Below, in pieces: positions 34,701 through 45,228 of a DNA stretch of 64,000 nt (position 1 is the first letter of the stretch; the number at the start of each line of letters is the position of its first letter). The stretch comes from a virus. Its lineage: Duplodnaviria > Caudoviricetes. The position numbers and the translations under genes were made by a program. The stretch lies in IMG/VR virus record IMGVR_UViG_3300042691_031247; one strand, written 5' to 3'. The notes below the pieces were generated by a model. It was given only the letters and a program-made list of their open reading frames with translations. It was not told where the DNA came from and did no database searches.

Positions 34701-36324
34701 TCGGGCATGGTGTGCGCGGAATCGGCACGACGATTGTGAGATCTAGGTCAAACTCACATGTGTCGGGTGTGGTGCAGTCGCCGGGCGTTCGGCGGGATGT
34801 GATTTCAAACGTAGAACCACCTTGCACGCACGATGAGTCACTAAACCCGGTTTTAACTTCAAACGTTTTACGGTTGATGATCGGGCATGGTGTGCGCGGA
34901 ATCGGTACGATGATTTCTAGTTCGATATCAAATATGCACTGGTCGGCGTTGTTACAGTCGCCGGGTGTGTGGTTTGGCGTAATTTTGAATGAAGACGAAC
35001 CCTGCACGCACGACGAGTCACTAAACCCAGTTTTTACTTCGAGCGTCGGCGCGTTAATAATCGGGCACGGTGGACGCGGAATCGGTACGACAATCTCTAA
35101 TTCAAAGTTAAACTCGCACTGGTCAGCGTTGTTGCAGTCGCCCGGCGTGTGGTTTGTTGTGATCTCAAAGCGGTTGGCGCCGGTTAGGCAATCAGAATCT
35201 GAAAACCCAGATGTGACGCTAAACTTTGTTGCGTTGATGAGCGGGCACGGCGTCCGCGGAATCGGTACGACAATCTCAAGCTCAAAGTTAAACTCACACT
35301 GATCGGCGTTGTTACAGTCGCCGGGAGTATGATTCGTCGTGATCTCAAAACGGTTGTCGCCGGTTAGGCAGTCAGAATCTGAAAAACCAGATGTGACGCT
35401 AAACTTTGTTGCGTTGATTGCTGGACATGGTGTACGCGGGATCGGAACGACAATCTCAAGCTCAAAGTTAAACTCGCACGTATCTGGCGTGTCGCAGTTG
35501 CCGGGTATATGCGCCGTTGTGATTTCAAAGCGATTTGTACCCTCGACGCAATCGGAATCGGCAAACCCGGACGAGACGCTAAAATTTGGCGGGTTTAGCG
35601 TGGGGCACGGCGTGCGCGGGATCGGAATATTGATTTCTAGGTCAACGTCAAACGAGCACTGATCGGCTGTGTCGCAGTCGCCGGGGGTATGTGTCGGCGT
35701 GATTCGGAACTCCGACACGCCCTGTCCGCAGCTATCGCCTGCAGGCTCGGCGCCGGCAAGTGTAGACGTGGTTAAGCCGGAGCTGACAACAAACGTTGTT
35801 GTGTTGATGATCGGACACGGCGTTTTGGGTACCGGGATTTTGAGATCTAAATCGATGACAAATTCGCAGTCGTCGGGACGATTGCAGTCGCCCGGCGTGA
35901 TGATTGGGGTAATGCGAATTTCGCTGCGGGGTGTAACGCAGTCTTGATATCCAACCTCTAAACCAAACTCACCCGCAGTTAACGTCGGGCACGGAATGCG
36001 CGGCACTGGCACATTGATATCTAAGGTGACATCGTACCGGCACGGGTCGATATCTTGCCGCGTAATCGTCAGTTCGTTTTTTGGCGGCGGGCAACCGTCA
36101 TCACCCTCGTTGACAAAGTTAACGCCAATGGATGTCAGCGTGGAAAAATCGGGGCACTGCAGCCCGACCTCTGTAGGCGGCTCGCGCGGGATGATTGGCG
36201 ACTGGCAGCCGAAAATTGGTGGCGGCAGCGGCTCTATTTCGCATACATCGGAAATGAAGTCAAAATCCGCCTTGGGGACGGATTCAATCGGGCACTGCGA
36301 GTCTTTAAAAAGATTTTCAGCCAT
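31792..36324 (-). CDS. 1510-aa fibre: about 17 Cys/Pro-rich ~60-aa repeats followed by a long collagen domain
   Basis: Repeat CP.IN...F.V.SGF.DS.C..G...FEIT..HTPGDC...[21 protein letters not shown] region, C-terminal [15 protein letters not shown]. Confidence 0.85.
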   Translation of the reverse strand: MAENLFKDSQCPIESVPKADFDFISDVCEIEPLPPPIFGCQSPIIPREPPTEVGLQCPDFSTLTSIGVNFVNEGDDGCPPPKNELTITRQDIDPCRYDVTLDINVPVPRIPCPTLTAGEFGLEVGYQDCVTPRSEIRITPIITPGDCNRPDDCEFVIDLDLKIPVPKTPCPIINTTTFVVSSGLTTSTLAGAEPAGDSCGQGVSEFRITPTHTPGDCDTADQCSFDVDLEINIPIPRTPCPTLNPPNFSVSSGFADSDCVEGTNRFEITTAHIPGNCDTPDTCEFNFELEIVVPIPRTPCPAINATKFSVTSGFSDSDCLTGDNRFEITTNHTPGDCNNADQCEFNFELEIVVPIPRTPCPLINATKFSVTSGFSDSDCLTGANRFEITTNHTPGDCNNADQCEFNFELEIVVPIPRPPCPIINAPTLEVKTGFSDSSCVQGSSSFKITPNHTPGDCNNADQCIFDIELEIIVPIPRTPCPIINRKTFEVKTGFSDSSCVQGGSTFEITSRRTPGDCTTPDTCEFDLDLTIVVPIPRTPCPIINARTFEVSVHYDEQNCSTGTSKFEITTSHVPGDCNNPDQCEFNIDLTIDIPIPKPPCPNLNVTKFEVSTGFSDSPCVQGKSNRFEITPRVTPGDCTTPDTCDFDIELEIVIPIPPPPCIDLTKKLFTVKTGFAGTGCADGQSRFEIIKTITPAAGCDQPERCDFEIEIEIFVPIPRPRCPILSRFLTVNSHYKDGPAGRLNNTPSFFNLLAVSTPATCNDPGSCNFLFDIHIDIPTPRPPCTEVRVKRTDHEVGYDVAPKFSFEIKKCPEYDEKRGTNEPPVCCYEVEFDLFIQIPKPPCTIVSLIVDMQTLPPQADPYAFSGAPIFNFDPGYYCEVVLPLYLGIPKPCLTKIQGGEGMVLTGCGIEPRAEILVEQLDLCEFKLTPYLWIPKCPPPPCPTITLNVDVVQSSYLYGNGYVTPTVTPGGSPDEPPQCSYDLNISIGVPVCQTQIEGSVGRALIVGCDEEPRAEILVTDLGDCKFKLEPYLWIPRCEIAGGTVTIYPSGLGSGTVTVDGDQLNIDINLNTTTCPSGSGAGGGGGSCVPGPPGPQGPTGGPGAQGAKGDKGDTGNQGAKGDKGDKGDKGDKGDKGDQGVPGARGPQGFMGLPGLPGERGLKGDKGDKGDKGDKGDQGIQGLPGFSIIGPQGEMGPTGCTGDKGDKGDKGDKGDQGVTGLRGATGVAGTAGANGAKGDKGDRGVTGPSGPIGVTGPTGPTGPRGATGVTGATGATGATGATGATGPVGPRGATGVTGSTGAKGATGATGVTGATGATGPVGPAGAAGPRGVSGVKGDKGATGATGPIGPAGATGQAGAVGPRGATGVTGPAGLIGQTGPQGQVGPRGATGATGLVGPVGATGARGPTGVTGQTGAVGQTGPVGATGPCGNTGATGATGPQGATGVIPAGGIITFTPAAVGSGTITATTSTIDGSITINVAEIVKSGAFLNELIAQLNNNTNLRNTIRAILDS
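32690..33020 (-). repeat. 9-bp coding tandem repeats (TCGCCCTTG-type) encoding (GDK)n
   Basis: Three clusters, near 32690-32730, 32810-32845 and 32925-32970. Confidence 0.9.
34150..36010 (-). repeat. 180-bp-period coding repeats of the Cys/Pro-rich domain
   Basis: ATCGG(T/A)ACGACAATCTC at 35081, 35261 and 35441, exactly 180 bp apart. Confidence 0.9.
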
Positions 36325-36325
36325 G

Positions 36326-37588
36326 TTATGTGCAGTTGACTTGCGCGTTCGGTTTTTTCTGGACTGTAATTTGACCGTCGTCGAGCAGGATATTTACGCC
36401 CGCTCCGCCGATTAGATTAACATTTGTACCGCCAACGCCGTTGATAGATGAAATTGTTTCGCAGCAGCGCGGGCCGCCGCTAAAAAATGCCAACACAGAC
36501 TGAACGTCCGGCGGCATGTCTTTTGGAAAATCTTCAAACTCGCCAGTGGGTTGAATCGACACTTCGCCCGTACCGCTGATGACCTCTTCATAAAGTGGGG
36601 TAAAAATCACCTTTGCCGAGCGTACCCACGTTTTATTGTTCCACGTGTAGTAATAAGCCTCGTAGTATGGCGGCGGTGGCGGATCACCGGGCAGCTGTAT
36701 TAGATCTGATTTCCAGCCATACGTATCGCCGATTTTGTTACCGGCGCACACTGCCGGTAACAAGGCGAGAAGCTGAGTTGCAGTGGGCGGGTTTTCTCCG
36801 TGAATATCGAACGCCTCGACAAAGGTTGTCGGTTTAACTAGCCCGAGCGGTAGAGTTTCGTCGGGAAATAGCGGCAATTCTCCGGCGTACTCGCAAAGCT
36901 CGGCGCTTGTTTCTCCGACACCCGCGCCTTTAAACGCGGTAACGGTCAGTTCGTTTGCGCGGTCTGTTTGTGTAATTAAACAGTTGTAGCCTTCTTTTAA
37001 GCGAATATCACCTTTCATACATCGCGCGTTTACAACAATCGGGCGATTGTCGTTTGTGCTGGGCTCGTCACATTCGGGTACACGCACGCGCGCGTAGTTA
37101 CCGACACTGATTGACCGCAGATACGCTTTGTTTAGGTTTTGAATGCGACTGGGCTCGATTTGGTAATCGTTTGGTTGCAGCGCCCATACGCCGCCAGAAG
37201 ATGCCGCCGTAAATGCCGCAGTGAGAGCATCGAGCGGACCAGTAACTAAAAACCCAGACCAAATCGGCTCGGTGGCGCATTCGTTTTCTGTGTCGGCGGC
37301 TGACTCACCGTGTTCGAGCGCCCATTCGCCGTCGTCGTCGTGCCGTGTGAACGATATTGTTTCCGTACTAGCGTCTGTACTGAATACGAATTCAAAAATG
37401 CTGCCCGTTTTTTTAATTGCCGAGAGCCACACTGTATGTTGCGTTTCGTCATAGTGTGCGTCGAGCCCCATGATAAAACCAGCGTCTAAGACGGCACTGG
37501 TTGGCAGTGCGGGCAGCGTCATTGGCTTATTGTAAATAAACGGATACGCGCGGTATTCGTTATCGTTGTAAAATCCGGGACGAGGCAT
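36326..37588 (-). CDS. Tail-associated protein, paralogue 5 of the RxYP...INGV family
   Basis: [12 protein letters not shown]; [19 protein letters not shown]. Confidence 0.75.
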   Translation of the reverse strand: MPRPGFYNDNEYRAYPFIYNKPMTLPALPTSAVLDAGFIMGLDAHYDETQHTVWLSAIKKTGSIFEFVFSTDASTETISFTRHDDDGEWALEHGESAADTENECATEPIWSGFLVTGPLDALTAAFTAASSGGVWALQPNDYQIEPSRIQNLNKAYLRSISVGNYARVRVPECDEPSTNDNRPIVVNARCMKGDIRLKEGYNCLITQTDRANELTVTAFKGAGVGETSAELCEYAGELPLFPDETLPLGLVKPTTFVEAFDIHGENPPTATQLLALLPAVCAGNKIGDTYGWKSDLIQLPGDPPPPPYYEAYYYTWNNKTWVRSAKVIFTPLYEEVISGTGEVSIQPTGEFEDFPKDMPPDVQSVLAFFSGGPRCCETISSINGVGGTNVNLIGGAGVNILLDDGQITVQKKPNAQVNCT

Positions 37589-38394
37589 TAGACAACACTC
37601 CTGCCAACCGTATCAATAACGATTGTCTCGCCGTCGGCGTAAACGCGCAACACATTGTTATTGACAGGCGGTATTTCGCGGCCTGCAACATTCGGCTGGT
37701 CGGTCGCGGTAAATGTGAAATTACCAAACTCGTCTGGTCCGCAGCCGTTAATCGTTTTCAGATATTGTTTGTTAGGGAAGTCTGCCCCTTGTTGCGGCTC
37801 GCACAGAAACCGACGAAATAGGGGCACGCCGATGATATCAATACGAATGACACTTGGACCGTCTTGACGCAACACCACACCCTGATCGCCCACGAGCCAT
37901 ATGTCCCCAGTTAAAAACTGTTTTGTCTCTGGGCGAATCGCCCGTACACCCGGCTCATTCGCTGGAATAACAACGCTGCTTACAAACTCAGTTTGGTCGA
38001 TGTCGAACGGGTACGAGCCGTTGCCCCAGCCAGAAAACCTCGCGAGCGCCGTCGGGGATGACAGCAGCATCCCGGCCGGGCGGCCGTACTGATCTGCAAA
38101 TAACAGCAACCCGTCGGCCGGCGGGCTCAGCGGGTTATACGTCGACGTAACGCGGACGCTTAATTCTTCGTCGCCCACGTTGATTGTGACGCTTTGCGGC
38201 GCTATTACGATGGACGAAATGTATACGCGCTGATAACCACCAATAATAAAAAACGACGCGTCAATAAACGTGTCAGGCGCAATTTGAATATTTTCTGCTG
38301 CGTCGCTTTGAAGCCCAGCGGAGTCGGCAAACGGGTAACGCGACGCCTCTTGCTCGTCACGAAACTCTGGAAATAGGATACGTGTGCCGGCCAT
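37588..38394 (-). CDS. Tail-associated protein, paralogue 4
   Basis: FRDEQEASRYPF; LKTINGCGPDEFGNFTF. Confidence 0.75.
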   Translation of the reverse strand: MAGTRILFPEFRDEQEASRYPFADSAGLQSDAAENIQIAPDTFIDASFFIIGGYQRVYISSIVIAPQSVTINVGDEELSVRVTSTYNPLSPPADGLLLFADQYGRPAGMLLSSPTALARFSGWGNGSYPFDIDQTEFVSSVVIPANEPGVRAIRPETKQFLTGDIWLVGDQGVVLRQDGPSVIRIDIIGVPLFRRFLCEPQQGADFPNKQYLKTINGCGPDEFGNFTFTATDQPNVAGREIPPVNNNVLRVYADGETIVIDTVGRSVV

Positions 38395-40124
38395 TACTGC
38401 ACCACAAATTTGTTAAAGAATGTTGATGCTTGGTTTGTAAACAGACCAATTGTTCCGGTGACGTCGCCGGGATTGTTGAGGCTAGCTGTTCCGCTTACTG
38501 GGTGCGCGCCGTCAAGTTCTGCAACGGAAAACGACACCGCAAGATTGCTACCGTCTAACGAAAGACTGGCATACATGCGATACCACGTGTTTACCTTTGC
38601 GTTGTAATTAACTGACAGTTCGTCAACAAAAACACTGCCGTTGTATCGAAGCACGCGTACTTTTCCGCGCGTGCTGTCAATGAGCACCACAACGTATCGT
38701 GTTACAACTTGCCCAAGCTCTAGCGTTTGCACATAGTTCAGTACGAGCCCGCCGTTTCGCGCAGCGCCATTTGTGCCAAGTTTAAATTCCCCCATGACCG
38801 ACTTGTTGAGCGCCCAGTCGGTGGCGCAATTTTTTAACACGGCGACATTGGTGCCGCCGATACCCGTTGCGACGTATGTGCCGTGGTTTGTCAGCGTGGC
38901 TCCAATCTCCGGCGAGAATTCGCCCGGCGAGCAGTTACCGCAGATAGGCGGCGCCATCGTCTCTTGCGGCGCAAACGCACCTGTTTTGGTAACAAAATGC
39001 GCGCTGGGCTGGCACGACCCGAAATCAATACACAGCGGTAGCGGCATGCACGCGTATTCTGGCGGATCCAATGTTTCGTCAACGACGATGTCTATCGCGT
39101 CAGTTGGGTCTGGCCAGCAGTACTCATCAAGAACGATATCGGTGTCGGCGTAGTTGGAGCCATCCCACCTATAGACGTTGTTTGTGTCAAACGCCAGATA
39201 AAGTTGATTGAGTTCGCCGGCCGGCGGAAACGAGGCGCGGTTTGCGTACACAGTAATGTTTTCGCCGGTTAGCTCGCAGCAAAGGTCTTTAAACTCTTGT
39301 GGCGGCTTTGGTTTGTTTGCGTCACATACCGCGTCAAGCTCAGTAGTTGTGACAATGTTTGCGCCGCCGCAGTTCTCAAAGTTGAGCGCGGTGAACCCGT
39401 CAAAAATAATATTGATGTTGCCGTCACAGTTTGGTGCGACACCGTTGATTGTTTCAATCGGTGTTTTCGGGCACGTTCCGCTTTCGGGCCGCTGCGCGCA
39501 CGAGCCGAGAAACGTTGACAGCGGGTTGTAATCACCTGTAACCAGTGCGCTATCAAGCCGGAAAACAATTGCGGGATACTCAACCGAGTCATACTGAATG
39601 GTTTCGTATTTAGCGGTTACAGGCGACGTGCCGATAACGTTGACCACGCCCTGCAACGACGTGCCAAGATTGATCTTGCCGATTGTCGGGATCGGAAGCG
39701 GGCGGTATGGGCGCGCGCTGCGCGGCTGTACAAGTGTTTGGCGCGCCGTGCTGTACCTGCCGACAAAAGGAGTGTCTACGCCGGGCCCGAATACCACCCA
39801 GCCCGACACAGCCTCAGCAAGCGGCGTGATCGGGTAGTTCACATATGGCGCCGCGGGCTGCGGAACAGAAACTGCGCATACGGTTTGTCCGGCGTCGTCA
39901 ATGTTGTTTACAGCGCCAAACACCACAGTGACAATTCCAGCAGAGACCGTGATTCCTTGCACGTATAAATATTCGCCCAAGCTGCGTGGAAAACGAATAT
40001 GGCAATCAACAATGATATCTTCACGGATAAACGCACCGCGGTCGTCAACACCCGTTGAAATATCATCAAGCGGGTATCGTCGCGTGGATTGGAGGTTGTA
40101 CCAGTTCTGGTTGCGAATAGACAT
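38394..40124 (-). CDS. Tail-associated protein, paralogue 3, with a C-terminal ConA/lectin-like beta-sandwich
   Basis: WYNLQSTRRYPL; IETINGVAPNCDGNINI; FPxxG...LY...DT...YRWDG fibre motif; beta-rich last ~180 aa. Confidence 0.75.
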   Translation of the reverse strand: MSIRNQNWYNLQSTRRYPLDDISTGVDDRGAFIREDIIVDCHIRFPRSLGEYLYVQGITVSAGIVTVVFGAVNNIDDAGQTVCAVSVPQPAAPYVNYPITPLAEAVSGWVVFGPGVDTPFVGRYSTARQTLVQPRSARPYRPLPIPTIGKINLGTSLQGVVNVIGTSPVTAKYETIQYDSVEYPAIVFRLDSALVTGDYNPLSTFLGSCAQRPESGTCPKTPIETINGVAPNCDGNINIIFDGFTALNFENCGGANIVTTTELDAVCDANKPKPPQEFKDLCCELTGENITVYANRASFPPAGELNQLYLAFDTNNVYRWDGSNYADTDIVLDEYCWPDPTDAIDIVVDETLDPPEYACMPLPLCIDFGSCQPSAHFVTKTGAFAPQETMAPPICGNCSPGEFSPEIGATLTNHGTYVATGIGGTNVAVLKNCATDWALNKSVMGEFKLGTNGAARNGGLVLNYVQTLELGQVVTRYVVVLIDSTRGKVRVLRYNGSVFVDELSVNYNAKVNTWYRMYASLSLDGSNLAVSFSVAELDGAHPVSGTASLNNPGDVTGTIGLFTNQASTFFNKFVVQ

Positions 40125-40127
40125 TGT

Positions 40128-41738
40128 TTAACACGGCGCCTCTGTTTTACCTTCCGCGTTGCAGTGCAGCGTTTGAACCGTTTCTGTGATAGCGGGGAGC
40201 GGCGGTAAGTCGTCGTCTAAGTTGTTTCCGCAGTTTGTCAGGATGGGTTGAGTAGTACCCAAGTATGTGCCAGTTAGCGTGCCAGTCACGACATACGGTC
40301 CGCGCGCGCGTGTGTTTACGGCGGTAAGCGCCGCGGGATCGTATTGGTTAAATTTCACGCGAAATTGTACGTAGGCTGAGTCGCCGGGTTTTAACTGAGG
40401 AAACACGGCCGAATACTGAAAACCATCGCCAGCTACGGCGATACCCACAGCGCTGCCGCGAATACCCGGCGCGTACATTGCCGTGTATCCGCACTCTAAT
40501 TCTGGTCGAATTGCCACCGACGTCTGTGTTTCTGGATCGGCGACTACGAGATCGCCGCTAATAGACAGGTTTAGCGTCAAGCGCGTCGGCTCTACGCACG
40601 TTTGGCAGGGGTTGCACAACATCATAACGATGTCAAGATACGGGCAACGTTGCGGCACCATAAGCAGCCGCAACGGTCGCTGTACGCTACATGAGCGCTG
40701 GTCTAACCACCGCGCAATATTGTTTTCGTGCTCTGTGCGTACCTTCTCTGCGCGCTGCCCGATAAGTTTGTACCGGTAACTCGTCTCGTTCATGTATTTC
40801 GCGGTACTGGCATAATCATCGCAACCGCAGCACGGATCGCAATCCGCGCCGATTTGTTGATGCGCAGTTGTGGACGGGTTTACAGGGTATGGCGCAGCAA
40901 TGCCGACAGTCACGGGCCGGCGGACCCACAAGCAATCCGTCGCGCTGAGCCTAAAGTCTCCGCCGGTACCAGCTACGCCATTAATTTTTGTGATCGGTAC
41001 GGCTGCGCCTTCCGGGCACGCGCCGTACCGGCCCAGACCAGTCCCGGCTACAGCGCTAAAATTAACTTTTGTGATGTTACGAAAATTGTTTGTTTCAGCC
41101 GGCGTGTTTGTAATTTGTGTGCTGTAACCGTTTTCAAACGTAAACGCGCCTGAATACCGCGGCGATGTTGTCTGCCCGTTACGCACGCGCATCGACAATA
41201 GGCGCCGCGGCATTTTGTACACGGCGCGCTCATCTAATCGCGCGTTGGTCGGCGCAAGAAATTTGTCGTAGTTGCGCCGCGTGTCATCGTCTGTTTCTCC
41301 GCTGTCGTCGTCTGGCCATGTCGTGTGCGTGACGAGGCGGCATACCACGCGCGCGGTCTTCCACTCATAAATGCGATAATCGCTGCTCCACGCTTGGGCG
41401 TTAAACGCAGTCGGCTGTGTCGTGGTGTCTAGGATGACGCGATTATTTGCATCGACAACGACAATGTCAGCCGTATGAACAGGCGTAGGAAACCCGGTCG
41501 GCGGCGTGTTTTCAACGCATCCAACGCCGTATAGATATTTAATCCGCAACGGGTGGGCGGCCGGCGTTAACGCTGTGTTGTATTCGCCGTCATCGTCGTA
41601 GGCTAGATGCAGGTCGGCCAACAAGTATCGAATGTCGGCAGACGGCGCGACGAGCGGATAATCTAAGCCGCTCTGCGGTTGAACTACGCCGATGCCGGCG
41701 CGGCCGTTTTTTGATGTCTGAAAGTCGGGGCATGTCAT
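40128..41738 (-). CDS. Tail-associated protein, paralogue 2, with coiled coil and C-terminal beta domain
   Basis: SGLDYPL; ITKINGVAGTGGDFRL; DCDPCCGC. Confidence 0.75.
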   Translation of the reverse strand: MTCPDFQTSKNGRAGIGVVQPQSGLDYPLVAPSADIRYLLADLHLAYDDDGEYNTALTPAAHPLRIKYLYGVGCVENTPPTGFPTPVHTADIVVVDANNRVILDTTTQPTAFNAQAWSSDYRIYEWKTARVVCRLVTHTTWPDDDSGETDDDTRRNYDKFLAPTNARLDERAVYKMPRRLLSMRVRNGQTTSPRYSGAFTFENGYSTQITNTPAETNNFRNITKVNFSAVAGTGLGRYGACPEGAAVPITKINGVAGTGGDFRLSATDCLWVRRPVTVGIAAPYPVNPSTTAHQQIGADCDPCCGCDDYASTAKYMNETSYRYKLIGQRAEKVRTEHENNIARWLDQRSCSVQRPLRLLMVPQRCPYLDIVMMLCNPCQTCVEPTRLTLNLSISGDLVVADPETQTSVAIRPELECGYTAMYAPGIRGSAVGIAVAGDGFQYSAVFPQLKPGDSAYVQFRVKFNQYDPAALTAVNTRARGPYVVTGTLTGTYLGTTQPILTNCGNNLDDDLPPLPAITETVQTLHCNAEGKTEAPC

Positions 41739-41741
41739 ACG

Positions 41742-42683
41742 TCACCCCGTTGAGCAGCCGGAGTCGCCGAGCTGGCTGCCCAACACGACCAGACTCATCT
41801 GGGTTACTTCAGACCCGAGACGTGTAATGAAATTTTGTAATGTCATAACGCCGTCACCAAAACGATTAATCTGATCGACAATGGCGTCAAGCTCAGTACA
41901 CCCGCAGCACGGCTGCGCGCACGTATCAGCAAACTTTAAACCGTTACTCATCGGCGTAATTTGCACGCAGTCATCGGGCGCAAGAATAAAGTTGCCGTCC
42001 GTGCTACACACCCCGTTAATGCAGCGAATGCAGTCGCCGATTTCGGGCGTTTCGCAATAGCACTCTTCGTTGAGGTTTGTGCCGGAGATTGCGTCAAAAA
42101 TGATTTCTGTTTCTGTGGCGAACGCTACTGCCGTGATCCGCACATTGTTGCCGGCGACCAGCGTCACATCTCCGTAAATCGGCGCGCTCAGTTCACCGTT
42201 GTTCGACACGCGGAGCCGTGTTACGGCGCGCAGCATCGGCCGGATAGTGTCGGGCTCTAACTCGCCGTCGGTAAAAGTAAATTCATACTGGCCGGGCGGC
42301 AGCTGATCGACCTCGTCAAGATTGCCGAGTACAACGCGGCCAACACAGTCGTCAAAGTTATCTACGCCGCCAAGCGCATATGACCGGTTTGGCTGATAAT
42401 TGCTGCGAATAACGTTTGCTGACGCGACGTCGACCGCGGTGCCGTTGTCGTCGTACCCAATAGTGATGTTAAACCCGGTCGGGGCAATTAGCAGGCTTTT
42501 GATAAAAAAACGGTTCGGCGCAAAAGCCAGACCAGAATGAATCGGCAGGTAGAGCGCGACAATAAAGCTGTCGGGCAGCCGAATAGTTCCAGTCGTATCT
42601 GTTTTGGTGGCGCGCTCTGTCAGCGGATATGACCGCTGAGAGTTATGGTTGAGCCACTGTAGATTCCAATTTCCGATGGGCAT
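41742..42683 (-). CDS. Tail-associated protein, paralogue 1
   Basis: WLNHNSQRSYPL; CIRCINGVCSTDGNFIL; CAQPCCGC then a heptad helix. Confidence 0.75.
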   Translation of the reverse strand: MPIGNWNLQWLNHNSQRSYPLTERATKTDTTGTIRLPDSFIVALYLPIHSGLAFAPNRFFIKSLLIAPTGFNITIGYDDNGTAVDVASANVIRSNYQPNRSYALGGVDNFDDCVGRVVLGNLDEVDQLPPGQYEFTFTDGELEPDTIRPMLRAVTRLRVSNNGELSAPIYGDVTLVAGNNVRITAVAFATETEIIFDAISGTNLNEECYCETPEIGDCIRCINGVCSTDGNFILAPDDCVQITPMSNGLKFADTCAQPCCGCTELDAIVDQINRFGDGVMTLQNFITRLGSEVTQMSLVVLGSQLGDSGCSTG

Positions 42684-42699
42684 GGCGGCTCACCTAGTT

Positions 42700-44562
42700 T
42701 TATGTCGCGCTATAAACGATTCCCGTAACGCGCAATACGCCGATTTCGCCGTAGACGTTATCCTCGTTTCGACCGATGGTTACCAACACTGTGTCGCCCT
42801 CTTCAACGACAATTGGCGCACTCTCGCGCGTGATGACGTGATCAATAAACAAATTGGCGCTGGAATTAAACGTTAGCGGATTGTCTGCTGTTATAAGCTG
42901 TTCTCCGTCAATCGCCGTCAGCGCGGGCGCAGTTAAAACGCGCCGCGTCATATACAACGACGGCATTACCTTTCGATTTCCGTTTGGAAAAGCTCCGCCG
43001 TCGCGCCCGAACAGCTGCACACGAATTTTCATTTCAAGATTGTCGCCAAGGTTGCTTCCGGGGACATTAAAACGCATACGTAGTAGCGCCGCCTGCCCGC
43101 CCGGAAAACCAAGGTAAGGAATATCCATGTACAACCGCTCGACGGTATCGCTTAGCCGAATGATTTGCGGCGCGATCTCGCGTTCGACGAGCTGATCGGT
43201 GTAGTCAATTTTCAGGATACCCTGATGCAGCGTAATTGGGCTTGTCGTGGTGAGATTGAACTGTTGTTTTTCTTGTGTCGTCAGCGTACGCGGGCTGGCA
43301 CGCGAGCCAGTGATCGCTAGTTGGTTAGACGTTGTAAACGCGCCTTCTGCCAACCAGCCTCTCGTTAACTGGTGGCGGTTAATTACGCTTTTAAACGCCT
43401 GCCCGCCCATAGCCTCAGCCGCTGCAATCTGCAGGTCTAGATTAAGCTGAAGATCGCCCGTAGACGCCGGGTCATCAGCGCAGTTCGATATCGCGATCGG
43501 GCTGTTGATGGTCTGAGCCGCTGGCGTGGGTTGTGTTTCGGCCGCCGTGCCGTCTACGTCTTTTACAAGACTCGTGACGACGTTGCGGTCATTGCCGACG
43601 AGCATACGCAAATACACAACTGATACGCGCATGTTCTCGTAGCGGGGACACTCGCCTGTCTCGCTCGGGTGTTCTGTCGGAGCTGCAAACGGAACGTCGT
43701 CTTCGCAGTCACTCATCCACCAAATGCCGTTTGTGTCGCAGACCGCCAAGCCAGTAGAACCGAGCGGGATTTCTGTAGCGCCGACATGATCGACGCCCTT
43801 GTCCCACAGCATTGCGACAGACTGAATCGGTAGCGGGGGCCACACGTTCGAGAGCGCCGAATGCTGACTTAAGTTGTAGCCAAACGCTGCGCCTGTCGGC
43901 GCTTTGCCGTTAAAGGTTGGATGACTTGCGGGCAGCCAGCCGGGATCATTTGCGGTCGCAGCCTGTAGCGGAACAAGATCAAAGCGGTAGTGCGTGTGCT
44001 CGTCGATAAAGTCGCGAATGTGCGGCATGACTACCACACGCGGTACAGTCGTGCAGCTATCCTTCGGGCCCTGTACGTGGCACACTGTTACTGTGACAGG
44101 CGGCTTTTGTTTAACAAGTTTGCCGGCGTCGGTAGCTGATAAGTAATAGCGGCCCGGCGTGATCGACCCCGCGATCGCGTTTGCTAAGTCAGGAATCTCG
44201 ACGATGCCGCGCAGCACAATGTCGCCAAGCGTCTCGGAGCGCTTTCGCAAACAGATGCCAACGCAATCTGACGACGGCTGCACAAGCAGCACTTGCGTTT
44301 CAGGATCAGACGCAACAGCGGCAAGCGCGGGCTCGTAGCGCTTTTCTACCCAGTTCCAGTACACAGGCTGACCGGGCAGCACTGAGCTGCAGATCGTCGC
44401 GTCGCTGTCGACAAGTACGCGGCCGAGGGCAGCAGCGTCAAGTCGGTCTTTTAGATAGTCAGTGCGGTCTTCGAGCGTGCGGTCAGGGCGTGAAACGACC
44501 CCGGCCTGTACAGGCTCTCCCGGATTGACATGTTTAAGGTTATGCAGCCAGTTACCGGACAT
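42700..44562 (-). CDS. Structural protein, probably tail or baseplate associated
   Basis: 620-aa beta-rich ORF; G..Y.LS....G.L motif typical of phage fibre/cement proteins; GGAGG SD. Confidence 0.65.
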   Translation of the reverse strand: MSGNWLHNLKHVNPGEPVQAGVVSRPDRTLEDRTDYLKDRLDAAALGRVLVDSDATICSSVLPGQPVYWNWVEKRYEPALAAVASDPETQVLLVQPSSDCVGICLRKRSETLGDIVLRGIVEIPDLANAIAGSITPGRYYLSATDAGKLVKQKPPVTVTVCHVQGPKDSCTTVPRVVVMPHIRDFIDEHTHYRFDLVPLQAATANDPGWLPASHPTFNGKAPTGAAFGYNLSQHSALSNVWPPLPIQSVAMLWDKGVDHVGATEIPLGSTGLAVCDTNGIWWMSDCEDDVPFAAPTEHPSETGECPRYENMRVSVVYLRMLVGNDRNVVTSLVKDVDGTAAETQPTPAAQTINSPIAISNCADDPASTGDLQLNLDLQIAAAEAMGGQAFKSVINRHQLTRGWLAEGAFTTSNQLAITGSRASPRTLTTQEKQQFNLTTTSPITLHQGILKIDYTDQLVEREIAPQIIRLSDTVERLYMDIPYLGFPGGQAALLRMRFNVPGSNLGDNLEMKIRVQLFGRDGGAFPNGNRKVMPSLYMTRRVLTAPALTAIDGEQLITADNPLTFNSSANLFIDHVITRESAPIVVEEGDTVLVTIGRNEDNVYGEIGVLRVTGIVYSAT

Positions 44563-44586
44563 CCTTGTCCTCCGGCAGTTAGTTGA

Positions 44587-45219
44587 TTACAGGAATGCGA
44601 CATCCCACGTGATGCCGATCTGAGATGACGCTTCCTTGGTCACCTGATGCTCGCTATCAAATACTGTGCGCGCAAATACAACGTCCTTAGACCGGTCGTT
44701 AATCGCCGGCGCAGCCACGAGGGCGGCGGCATATACGCGGCTGTTCGTCACGTTGCTGAAACGCCGCTCCTCGCCGCCATAGACCACTCGCGCTTCTGCG
44801 GTCTGCGCAAAAAATGTTAATTGATTGCCCGACTGATTGACGGGCAGATTTGCTTCATACCCCGACGACACGCTTAGCGCCGGTTCAATAGTGAGCGGCA
44901 CCCGAATGAAATTACGCGACGACGAATCGGCGAGCGAGTTGTAGTACGTGATGTCTACGTTGCGACTAAACGTCGGCGTGGAAATTTGAATCCCCGGGTC
45001 GACATTCTCGTATTCGATGTACATGGCTGAGATGTGGTAATCCAGCCGGTCGGGCTGGCGGCGGTACCCGAGTTGTTTCGCGGCGATAAAACCCCAGCCG
45101 TACTGGATCTGGTTGGACTGCGAAAACAGCGGCAACTTCAAACCAGTCTTCTCGTCGACGCGCCACACCGACACGTGTCCGCGTACGCCAAAAGCTGGGG
45201 TAATGTTATCGGCAGCCAT
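44587..45219 (-). CDS. Tail-fibre attachment/collar-like protein (DUF3751-like C-terminus)
   Basis: VFARTVF...VTKE...IGITWDVAF ending; position after the wedge genes. Confidence 0.55.
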   Translation of the reverse strand: MAADNITPAFGVRGHVSVWRVDEKTGLKLPLFSQSNQIQYGWGFIAAKQLGYRRQPDRLDYHISAMYIEYENVDPGIQISTPTFSRNVDITYYNSLADSSSRNFIRVPLTIEPALSVSSGYEANLPVNQSGNQLTFFAQTAEARVVYGGEERRFSNVTNSRVYAAALVAAPAINDRSKDVVFARTVFDSEHQVTKEASSQIGITWDVAFL

Positions 45220-45228
45220 GTGTTGTCC

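Noticed and set aside
34150-36010. 180-bp repeats as a CRISPR array or DGR template/variable pair
   Set aside because: They are in-frame coding repeats without unique spacers; differences look mostly synonymous rather than adenine-specific; no cas or reverse transcriptase gene is in the window
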